64,000 bases of DNA from Balanoglossus misakiensis (taxonomy: Eukaryota; Animalia; Hemichordata). The position numbers and the translations under genes are program-made. The stretch is taken from the NCBI GenBank assembly GCA_040954595.2, contig CM082579.2, positions 4,956,879 to 5,020,878 on the forward strand, in the 5' to 3' direction. The notes below the pieces were generated by a model that saw only the letters and a program-made list of their open reading frames with translations, ran no database searches and was not told the origin of the DNA. Positions 1-12,300 of the stretch are shown piece by piece (the stretch's first letter is position 1; each line of letters opens with the position of its first letter).

Positions 1-359
1 ATTGTACAATCTATTGTTGCATTTGTGCATGCACTATGTTGTAGTAGTTCAAATTCAGGGTCACAGGAGTATTATTTTCTTCTCCTGTAATTTCCTAGGA
101 GAGTCTGTAAAAACCTTCATAATTTGGGTGAATTTTTGGTCACAGTCTGCAATTTGAGACAAATTTTGGTCATGGCAAGGAACGGGCCATCAACACATCA
201 GCTTGCAGCAGTTAAATTGAACAAAAAGGAGACTGCATGATGGTGATACAGCTTGATTCCCAATCTTCAGCGTCTGACCATCTCGGTCTCCACAGTCACA
301 ATTTGAATCAGATTCATTTTCTGATTACACATGATCGTCAATAAATTCCAAGTGACCAT

Positions 360-3300
360 TTAATCTGAATCAGGTTCAGTGTCGGACTCCACGCTGTCGA
401 TGTCCTCGTCGTCACTCTCGTCCGAGGTGTCATCGCCCACCGGCTCGCCAGAGAGGGCGATCCTGGCATAGTCGTCGGTGTCGATGGACTTGCAGAAGTG
501 GATGGCGTATTTGAGCTTTTCGCGCAGCACTTCCTTGCAGGAATACCTGGGCATCTTCAGGAGGAAGAAGCACGTGTACGACTCGGGCAGAAAGTGATCC
601 GGTGGGTTGTACTTGTCAAGAACCTGAAACCAAATCAAAGACAAAGTTGATTTACTCTCAAGTGAACATGCCCTTTCAAAAATTTCATTGCAGCCAACCA
701 GAAGAAGTTGACCTGGAAATGATCGACCCACCTGCAGCACGAAGTCCCTGCCCCTGAAGTCGGCGATGGTGCGCGGCAGACGAGTTCGCCCCCACACGAA
801 GCGCAGGAAGAGGGATCGTTCAGTGTTGGAGAACTCCTCCATGACTTCCCAGAACCAGAGAACAAGAGGCGCGGAGGCATCCACACCTTTGTAGGTGGCA
901 ACACTCTTCAGTAAGTGCAGCGGGATATCAGGACTGCCGCAGATCTATTGGCCGAAAAAAAATGTGTTAAATCTCACCATCATGAACATATTTTCACTGT
1001 CCAAGGGAACTGTGGACTGAAAGAGATGCAAAAAACACAGGCACTGTGCTTACCATGGTTTCAAGCTCATAGCCTGTGAAGAAGGACAGCAATGGTACAG
1101 GGATGACTTTAGCCATGCCCTCACGCACCCACTGGACTTGATCATCAAATTCATGCAACCTGGGGAGAAATAAAGTCATATGTGTTATTATATTCTTATT
1201 AAGAATATGTCAAATTTTCTCTAGTGTCCTCACAAACAAAAAATATCAATGAAAAGCTTCCTCACCTGTAGTTAAGAGCTGCCCTCACATATTCGTTCCT
1301 GTTCTCCAGAGTGATGCGTGAATACTTCGAACTGAGCTGCACCTCCTGTCCACTGGCACTCGGAGTGCCGAATGGCATTTCCATCTCAGCGAAGACCAAC
1401 GCCTCCATGTCGCGAATGCACATAAGCCCTGCATTGAGTCAAGACAAAGTGTACTTAAGTAGAACATTTGGATGTAACACAAGCACATGTCAACATACAG
1501 CACTATGTTGTCAAACATTAATCAAACCTTAAAACACTTACCAGGCACATAGTCCTTGTCAACTTCAGTCAAATCAGACACAGTCAAAGGCATACCAGCT
1601 AACTGTTTCCATACTGGCTCAGCCAGATTCAAACTCAGAGGACTGCCAGTACGGATGGCAATGCCCATCAGAATACCTAAAACACAAATTTTAAAAAATC
1701 AGGAAATTCAGTGCACATCTACAGGAGCTCAGACATTGTCCAATAAAGCTGTACGTAACTGCAAAAAGCAGTGATGTCTGTTGTCACTGATTCCATGAAC
1801 AAGACATGAAGCAGAATACAGTTTTGCACATGTTTTCTTTCACTGAGCCTATAGTCTGAAGGCCTGACATATTATCTACACACTCACACCCAGCCAGACA
1901 CACACACGTACATGTACACACAGAGACACACACACTTACCGAGAAACTGGAACATCTTCTTGTGTGTTTCTGTCTTGAGATGTGGGTTGAGGAGAAGACA
2001 GTCCCTGTTGCCGCCAGACTCGTCGCGTCCGTTGGGTGTCGTCAACAACAGTGAAACTGAGCCATTCTGCAGTTCATCACACATCTCAGCTATGGATTCA
2101 CTGTAACCACCACCACAGTCATCTACACTCTCACCTGATGACAAGTCACAGTGACAAATAGTGTCAGGTACACAGTGCTCCCATTTGATCAGAAGTGTTA
2201 CATTCAAGTGTGGCATCTACAGATATATCACGCACAGAACAACTCACCTATGAACTTGACTTTCCAGACTCTGTGCGGCAGGAGAAGACTGTCAGAGCCG
2301 AAGTTACTGAGCTTGAAACAGGCTTGGCCAAAGACCGACTTGGTGCCGTCGGGTCCTGCAAGTCCACCTTTGCTGCGTGATCTCTTGACTTGTATCCTGT
2401 TGAGTTCGATGACCGGGCCGTGCTGTCTGTCCCGAATCATGGTGGCCTGCACAACTTTCCTGAATGCAGCCTCCTGTAGTTGCAAAGACGAGAAGCATAG
2501 AAATTGAGCGAGATAAATATATCAGTACCGTTTTGTCCATTGGTATATAAGACCAGTACAGTACAGTACACTATACAGCTCTGTACAGTGCAGCACAGTA
2601 CAGCACACTACACAAAACTACCAGTACAGTACATTACAATACAATACGGTAACATATTTATCTCATATAAAGTATACTCCTATTTACACAACCATCCAAC
2701 ATTAATTCTGATGGCAGCAATTGGGGCAAATGAGTTCAGAATGATGACAAACTCCTACCTTTCCACTAGACACCAACAGCGATCTCAGGGCGTCCATGCC
2801 GAGCGAAGCGCCACCATCCATCTCGTCGGTCTTACTTCTCAGATCAAACATGGGAATGCACGGGCAGAACAACTCCGAGAAATGGTGCAGCAACACGAGT
2901 CTGTTGCGCAGCACGGAGATGGACACATCCTTCAGGACGTTGTACTCCATGGGTATTCTGACGGGAAGTTTGCCCGCGTTGACTGGCTTGCTGGTCGACC
3001 AGGCAAGACTGTGGGCTGAGCCGCATGCAACATGGGTGATCTTCTTGCCTTGTAACGATGTGACTAGTCTTGGTCTTTGAATGGCATTGGTGGTTCCATC
3101 ACCTAACTGACCCTCGTCATTGTCTCCCCAGGTGTACACTTCACCTAAAATGCAAATGACCAGGCAACAAATGTTAGCAGGGCATCGTCTCACTGTAGAG
3201 ATCAAGTTGCTCTTTTAAGTCACAGCAAAACAAATCATGTGACTCTTGCAGGCATGTCTGTCTTCTCACCTAAATCAGTGACTGCAACACAGTGAAGAGA

Positions 3301-6300
3301 ACCCGTCGCAATGTGAATGCATTTCTTGCCCTGCAATGCGGCTACCTTCCTGGGTCTTCTCACATGGTCATCAGTGCCGTGACCGAGTCTGTGATAGTCA
3401 CCCTTGCCCCTGAAAGAAAACAAAAACATTGTGGTCAAAGAAGTAGAAATTGGTTTCATCATCTTTGAGATCCAGCTCCCATTTTCATGACTTTTTACTC
3501 TTCAAGCATACACAATACAGTCAGTCTAAATTAAAATTTATTTTCACATCATTTTCCATAAGCCTGCTGCATGATACAGTAGTAACAACTCACCATGTAT
3601 AAACTGCACCGGATTTGGTCAGAGCCACAGAGAACTGGGAGCCACACTCCACTTTGCAGACGCCAAGTCCCCCCAGAGACTCAATCCTCTGAGGAGTCTT
3701 GCAACCGTCACTGCCTCCCCGGCCCAGCTTGCCATAGTCACCATCCCCCCACGACCACACACAGTCGTCGTCCGTCAGACACAGCGTCTGAGCATCACCA
3801 CTTCCACAGGCTACATCAATCACACGGAAGTCTTTCAGTATTTCCACCTGTGAATGGAAAATCCAGGACACATCATTAACCCTTCCACCCCCAGTTCCCT
3901 CTTTACAGATCTGTTGAGCTATTAATTTAATATCTGCTGAAATAAGATTCAACAAAACAAAACCCTTATCATCCCATCCACAAGGATGATTGTTCTTACC
4001 AGTTTCGGTCTCGGCTGATCCTCGCTGTCACCATGTCCAAGTCGGCCGTATCGACCTTTCCCCCAGGTATACAAATCACCACTGCAGGTTATACAAGCAC
4101 TGTGAGCACCACCGGCAGCTATGTCAATGATCTCCTTGCCTCGCAGGGATTCTATCACTCTTGGTCGGTCACATTGTCTGCAATTTACAAAGCAAATCCA
4201 CAATTGTAAAGGGAGCATGTTTTACAGGGGCTTGGGTTTCCCCAATGAGACAGCAAGCTCAATTCAATTCAAATCTGATCTTTCAGCCACACTCACGTTC
4301 TGTTTCCGTGCCCCAACTTGCCGTCCTCGGCCTCCCCCCAGGAATACACCTCTCCTTCCTGGGAAAGCGCCAGGCAGTGCTTGCCTCCGGAATTGACGGC
4401 CACCTTCTTGATGACCACGTGCTGGATGGACTCCAGTAACGTGGGCGTGGAGACCGAGTCGGTCCCTCCAATGCCCAGCCTGCCCCCAGCGCCATAACCA
4501 GTGGCGTAGACCTTGAAATCAGAATCACAAGAATGGAGAATGTGGAATGAGAAAGGCATACATCAACTGATAATTGGTTTTGCATTTTGAGTTAGTTATA
4601 AATTCCACAGGTGACTGGCTGACCCTAGCTGTACTAAACACTATGCATGCTATTCTACATGTATATATTAGCATGGTTTTGCCAACTTCTGAGCTCAGTT
4701 CTCACCTTTCCATCGGCCGTAACACAAAACAGTGTTTGTTCCCCGCCCACAATCTGTATGGGTCTGAGTGTGGACAGCGTATCGCAGGGCGTGGGCAGTT
4801 TGACCTTAGCACCGTCCGCCCCGCCGAGCTGACCTCTGTGGTTGTGACCCCAGCCATATATGGTACCGCTGCCACCCCATGACAGAGTCCAGTCTTCGGG
4901 TCTCCTGTACAAACAAATTGACAAAGACATTTGTTACATATACATAAACCTGAGGAATTTAACAGTAATTATCTGCACATTGAAATTACATTTTTTATAT
5001 AAAAATGCTGTCACACAAAGATTCTTATAACATAACACAATACCATCACAGGATTACAAACAGAATCAATCTCCATTCCTTACCTGTTCATCCACATCAA
5101 CAGCTGTTCATCGTGCTCCTTCTGGAAAATCTGATGATTTTCGTGATCTCTGGAGATCTCCTCACCGTCGGCTGTGATTTCACGGATCTTCTTCATCACC
5201 TCCTCCAGGAAGCTGTAGGGAAGCGGGATACGCTGCTCCAGGGAATGGGCCACCCTGGCTGCTGTGCAGTAGCGCCGGAACCAGGACCATCGGTAGGACA
5301 TGGCGCACGATGTCAGCGCATCCAGTCTCAAGTCACAGGCTAAAGCTACAAGAACCTGAAATAAACAATGAATTGTGGAGTCAAGAATCTCTGTGTGTTA
5401 ACTTAGTGACAGAAATGTCCTCAGTGGCGTTTGGTAATGTGTTTGACTGTGTGTACATGTGCATGTGTACGAGACAAAGATTTGTAAGACGCTAAATTAG
5501 TTGAAACTGATGTTACCATACCTTGAAGAAAGGGCTATGCAGTAGATGTTTTCCACCTCTGACAATCGGATCTTCATAATCATACTGTCTTTGCAGGGCT
5601 TCTGGCAGACCTTTAACCAATGCCACCAAAGCTGTACCACTAAAAGACTGCAAAAATAAAAAATAAAAAAATAAAAAATCTGTGTGAGGACATCTATAAG
5701 AATAGAAATTAAATCTATACCAGACATGTTATTTCATCTGTTTCTCATTTCACAACAGCACATTCCCATCCGCAAGATTATACTCTTATAAAACAATGCC
5801 ATCTTACAGTGATACTTGGCCTTGCAACGTCTTCGACAATGTCATGGCCGTCCATGATGGCGTCCACATTCAGGGCTGGGCCATACTCGGTGTTGATCAG
5901 CTTCCGTAGTCTCTGCAGTGCCCACATACGCTGAGCTGCACCTGGAGAGACAAGATACAAAGCATCCATTGAGTCTCAGATGGAGACAGGGTGGTTGAAG
6001 TGGAACTCTCATACATACATTGTACAATACATTATCTCACATTTATGAAATCGTAGTACAGACAAAATCATCACACATCCCTGACAACACAACGACCACA
6101 CAAGGCAGTAACCAAAAAATACTTACCAAGCGAGCTGAGTTGAGCGCAGGCGGCCAACGCTGCAGCCAGCCTGGGCATGATGCGGTGACTATTGACGCTT
6201 TCCAGTCGGAAATCTAGCAGACACGTCACAAGGTCCACCGAGGGTCTGGACAGAACTGACCTGTCCGACAACAGATCCTTGGGGGCTGCAGCCGGCATGA

Positions 6301-9300
6301 TAGGGAATACTGTAAATCGCCAGCCCCAGCCGTTCACCGATCCGTCACTTGTAAATTTCCATCTGAGTTCATCGCCAGGAATCCGGAGTTCCTGGGACCA
6401 GTCCGACCATTCCCTTCCTGGAAAAACAGAAGGATCATATTAGCTACAAATTTGGATTGTCCGAAAATGTAACTGCTTTATTTAATGCTTTAGGATAATC
6501 AAACACATAGTACCAAAATGCATTGCAGAATATCATACAAAAAGAAAACTAATCAACTATGGTTGTCCAAGACATTGATGGTAGTGGTGAATATTGACTC
6601 TACCTGATCGGACTGAGATGACTCTGCTAGCTGCGTCCATTATAGTCAATGGATCGTGTCTTCTCTCTGTTGAACACTGGCGATCAAACTCTACTCTCAG
6701 TGCTTCAGCACCTAAACAAAATGAAAATTCCAACATCAGTACAAATTAGTGTCTACATCAATAATACAAATACATCTTTTTCTATGCACAATGTACCACT
6801 ATGAACACACAACCATATGATAAGTGCCAGTTACATATACAATGTACAGTGATCCGTCTATGAACTGACCCATATCTATTAAAATTTGAGACCTGCCTAC
6901 ATTGAAAGCTCTTGTGCAATTAGCGCCTCTTATCCTTATATTCCACCTGAACAATTTTCTCTCTATCTAATGGCGACACACTTAGACCAACTGTGCATCA
7001 GAACATACCCATAATTCTGACTTGTCCAGATGTGGATATATCATCAGAGTACGGGTGATTACTTTCTTGTGATACGGGTTGCATAGCGGCTCTGCTACTC
7101 TCCGTGTCTGTGGCTACGTCCTCCAGCTCTGTCACACATAACTCTAACAACATATCAGCCACCTACAAAAACACAAACAAGCATATGTGCATGTGAGTCA
7201 ATTCATTGAGAATGCCTATCATCACTTCTCCCCGAGTGTTCTGCTCTAAGACTTCCGATTTCAAGTTCTGAATTTTATTTTGCAATGTTTCCATCTACAA
7301 AAGAAAACAGTTGAATACTTTCATCATTTCAGGATGTACAATCACTTATGAAAGATCCCTACAATGCTACCTATTTCATTCTTAGTTGCAACTGACTCTG
7401 TACCGTCGTCCCTGGTCAGTTCCAAGTTTCACTGTCCTACACAGAGTGTTATTCCCAAACTAACCTGCGGGTACGTCTTTCCAAGCGCAGTCAGGACTGA
7501 TGAGAGGGCGTCTTTGCCATGAGCACCTGCTCTGTCGGCCACAGCCAGCTTCAACAAATCCACCAGGATTCTGGCATCGTCCGGTGTAATCTTCAATGTA
7601 AATTCATCCAGTCCTCCACGAGTCGTCAACGGTTCCGTATCATCTGGACTTGTCACCTGTGTTGAGAGAGCAAGTGGAAAATGCAACACCAGTCTTGGCC
7701 ATTACTGACATCTTGTCAGAACCTTAAAAATAGTGTCAATGGCAACTGCCATATTCACATGTGCCGTATATACTTCATTGATGAAATTGTGGTCTCTGGG
7801 AACATGCAGACCAAAATTCAAAGCAAATGGATGTTTGCTTCCGAAAAATTGATTTTTTTGATGAAAATTGCCCAAAAGTCAGGAAATACCATATGCCTTC
7901 AGGTGCATGGGTTTAAAAAATAAAGTCACACAATTTGAATGGTTGGTTGTTCTTGTTTTGACAACTGATTCATGTTGTTCTTATCAGTTGCTCTGTTTTA
8001 TATACCTGCAAATGTTTGTATGCATGAATTTAAAGACAAACCACACACATTATTTCATTTTAACATATATTTTTTATTCTGAGGGAAACGTACAATAATG
8101 AGATTGAAGTAATGGTTATAATTGTACAAGAGAAAGATTGCATTTTGTGACTACTTTGACAAGTGTGTCAGTAATGTTGACACAATGTCTCCTGTAAACC
8201 AAATATAGTATCTAAGTGTCAGAAAGATTCGATAAGCTCAAATGAAATCAAAACACTGTGACAGTCCCTCCTGCACAGGACAAATTTCTTTGCTACACAT
8301 AGCATAAATTGTCTTCATAAAGAGTACATCAATTAAATTGACATGATTGTCTGCTTCGTGGTGTTTTTTAGTGTCACTGTACAAACACATTGACGCAGTG
8401 GTTCCAATTATCAGCTACCACCACCCTGCAAGGTACATCATCTGTCAGCGCGATACCAGTGGGGTCGTTCAGCCCATCCTCGACGGTGTCAACGCGACAG
8501 ACAAACTTGCCACTACTCTCAAACTTCAGTACGCAGTACGGGTATCCGGTGCTGACGTACACGTATCGGTCATTCTCGGTGATTACTCCCAGTGGGCGTC
8601 TCAGCTGACCGTCGCCACTCTGACAATCAAACGAATACAAATACCGGTCATCTGAACTGAACACCTGGATACACTTCCAACCGTTGTCTGCTACATACAC
8701 CATCCCATTATCTGCCACTGTGACTCCCCAGAAACTGCACGATTCTTCCCAACCTTCGTCCTCTGACCCGAAAGACCTGAGATACTCGCCATGCTGCGTG
8801 TAGATCCTGACACATTGCTCACTCTTGTCTGTCACGTAGACATTACCACTGATAGGGCTGATTGATATCCCAAATGGGTCCTTCAGCTCATCCCGTCCAA
8901 AGCATGTGATAACATGTCCGTTCTCATCGCTGACAACTACTTGCCGATTGCTGTCATCCAAACTATAGTACGTATTGTCGCTTGACACAGCTATACCGCA
9001 TGGTTTGAACGGCTTCTTAAATTGTGTAAATTTCAAGATTTTCTTCACTCTGCCCTCTCTGGTGGTTATTTGTAATCTTTCATTGCCCCTGTCAGCAGTA
9101 ACAATGTCTCTGTCTCTGTTTATGGCCAAACCGTATGGGGAGTCATACTGTCCTTCATTACTTCCCTTACTGCCGATGGTCTGCACCGATCCCTTGACGA
9201 TGGGTATGACGACGGGAGAACCTGGTATCGCTTGACCTCCTATCGTCATGGTAATGTGATATTTACCCTCCGACGATGCATTTACTGTCACTCTGTGTGT

Positions 9301-12300
9301 GCCGTCTCTGTTATCCGTTACGCTGATGCCTTCCCATGATGCACCGGGTCTTCTCACCTGGGCTTGCACTCGTTGTGTTGGGATGACTTCTTTTCCGGTG
9401 GAATCCCTGGTTGTGATCAGCAAGTCTGCGGAGTCACCTTTCAGCAGTTGCTTTGGAAAGTTTTCAACTGTGCACTTTGAGATACAGACGTCAGATACCA
9501 GTGATCCCATAATTCCGCATTCATTGAAGCTCTCTGTTGCTTTGAATACAACTTTATTAATTGTTTGCGGTTCAGTTTCCATAGCAATAAGTTCCTTCAT
9601 GCGATGTTCTGCATCAGCTTTGGCAGACAGAAGTTGAGCAGCATTCCCATGTTGCATCACTGTTTCCATATAACTGCATGTACTCTTAATGTTACCATAT
9701 TTTAATTCCACCTCATCAATGCCTGCAGCTGCTGTTTTTATTTTCATCTGGTAATTTTGATCAAGCTCATCTAGCAGTCTCTGCTTTTCTGTATTTATTT
9801 TGTCGATGATCTGGTTTGCTTTCATTCTCACCTGCCTTTTTTCTTTCTTATATTGCTCCAAAAGATCACTGTGTATCTGCTTGGCCAGGCTTTTGTTCTT
9901 TTCAGCTTCCTGTTCTTTCACTTTCAGTTTGTCAACCATGTTTCTCAAGTCTCTCAGATACTCATCTGCTGCGTCTTTCAAGTCTCTGTGCACATGATCT
10001 GGTATGCAGTCTTTGACTATCGAACAGTCAGAACAGACAGGCAGCTGACAGGTCTCACAGAAAAATCTGACTGTGTTGTTAGGGTGAACGCTGCAATATT
10101 CTACTGCTTGTAGTGATACAGGACTGGTTGCTTTTGCCGTTTCATATTCTTCAGTGGTCACAAGTCTGTGTGTGCGTGTGACTGGTAGATTTCTGTGAGC
10201 CCTAGCACAGCTGTTACAGAGATGGTGTTTACACTCGACACACCTGTGAGTGGCTGCATTCGCTTGGCAACCTCCACACTTGATCTCAGCAGCTGCATGG
10301 AGGGACTCCAGTCGTTGTTTGAAAATGTCCACAAGATTGGCCATGAAGAAGTTCCCCTTTAAACTTGCCACTTGCCCAGCAGGAAGTTGATATTGCTGTC
10401 GACATACCGGACAGTTCAGAGATCCTGTCTTTTCAACCAGAGTGACTAAACACTGCTGACAGAACGTGTGCAGGCACGGTAGAATTTTCGGAGTTTCAAA
10501 CAGCTCCAGACAGATGGTACAACACAGGAAATCCTCACCGACTTCTTTCATAAATCTACCTTCAGTTGCAGCTGCCATTCTGTACGTGTATCAACTCTTA
10601 GAAACTCAGACAGAGTGGACAGAAGTTCTCCTTATCTTGGTGTAACTCAAACACTCCAAAGTAGCTAGCTGGTACAACGATTAGTAAATCAAAGCACTGT
10701 ATATATTAAAGTGTGAATGATACTAAAGGAAGTTAGGGAGTACACTTGGACCACTGCGTACCAGGTGCGAGAAAACTTGTGGGCGTGTTGGTCGCTTAGT
10801 TACACGACCTAAGGCCAGACAAGGTTATCTTCACAACAATGGTATGTATATGTGTGTGTATAGGACAACTGAGGTATGACATTGTAAGATAACACTACTT
10901 AACACAGATTCTATTGTCTACAAAGTGAAAATAATTCTGTCAAAATATTTGATTCTTGTAATTTTCAAAATGCTTGTGTGGTTTATGTAGCATAGGGACT
11001 GCATGCAGAGTATGAAGTATAGATAATTTCAGATATTATTCCGAGAAGCAACAATACTGGATACAGCATCAACATAAAACATTAACATGTCAGTAAACTA
11101 TTTAACTTTACTGCTGTAATATTCATAGCTATCACATAACTGTATGGAGATAGATTGAAATATCACTGCACTACATATCACAAACCTGTTCAGTGGTGGT
11201 GATGGTTTCCGGCACAATACCAGATGCTGAGCTGGAAGGTGGCACCCTTGATGTCAGAGACCGGCCAGCAACCCCATCGGCTGGCGACTGGACCTCCGAC
11301 GACGGTGTTGGCGGTTCGCTCATTTCCAGAGTCACATCCCCTACGTCCAGCGGTGTTGATGCTGAGGTGTGTGGGGTTTCACTAGGTGTGGTGGCCGAGG
11401 TGGGCCGTGGTGGGATCTCATTCTCTAGGGCGATCACAACTGCATACCTGTAACAAGCACATCAGATGTACATTATTTTACTGGGGTTCCCCTTGGTATA
11501 TCAATGCAGTCATATTCATGGGGTTTCCAAATCATTTACCAATGAATGTTCCCCAATCTCAGCAAATATACTGTATGGTAAACCATCATCATGGGCAGGA
11601 TTGATGGAATGCATGGCAAAAACATATAACCTTGATCCATGAATGAAACAATACAAGGGTGTCACAACCAGTACAATTTGATCTCATCAGACACAGTTAC
11701 AAAAACAATAGGGGCCCCGCCCACAGGGAGCTTTGGCCCCTTATTACAATTACTGCACATTGCTCAAACAACTTTCTTCTCTACTACATGGTCCCAATCA
11801 AGCTTCTCTCTGCTGCACCAACTCACCTGGCATAGATGATCTGTAGTGCTGTGAGTATGTGCGTCAGTGCCTGTTGCTTGGCCGCGTTGGTTTCCAGAGA
11901 GAGAATAATCTTCGCCAGCGACGGCCTCTGTTTGGACTGTGAGCCCGCGACATGACTCACACTCTGACCAGAACCTTCAAGACCCTCGCTGATGCCTGTG
12001 AAAAAAATGACAGCGTGTGTTAAAGAGAAATCAGGCAATCACATCGACTATGTTCCATCCCAGATACATTTAACAGAAGCTTACCAACAGCAGATGCACC
12101 CAATGGATCTCTAGGTGTCATGAAGAGGACAGGCTCGTGCACGGATGGCACACTAGTGTCTGTGGTTGACCACGCAATGCTGTGTGACGATCCACAGGCG
12201 ACTTTGGTGATCTTGACTCCCTCCAGTCCGTGCACCAGCGCCGGTTTCTTGTTGACTGTGGTGCTTCCATTTCCCTGCTGGCCGTGGTCATTGTCACCCC

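Noticed and set aside
360-884. 174-aa ORF as a standalone HECT protein
   Set aside because: It is the last two HERC2 exons read through an in-frame 108-nt intron (731-624).
10579-11186. In-frame HERC2-TRIM fusion by splicing donor 11185 to the CAG just before the TRIM ATG
   Set aside because: The donor is phase 0 and the CAG leaves 1 nt before the ATG, so the join is out of frame and stops after five codons; the pyrimidine tract is also poor.
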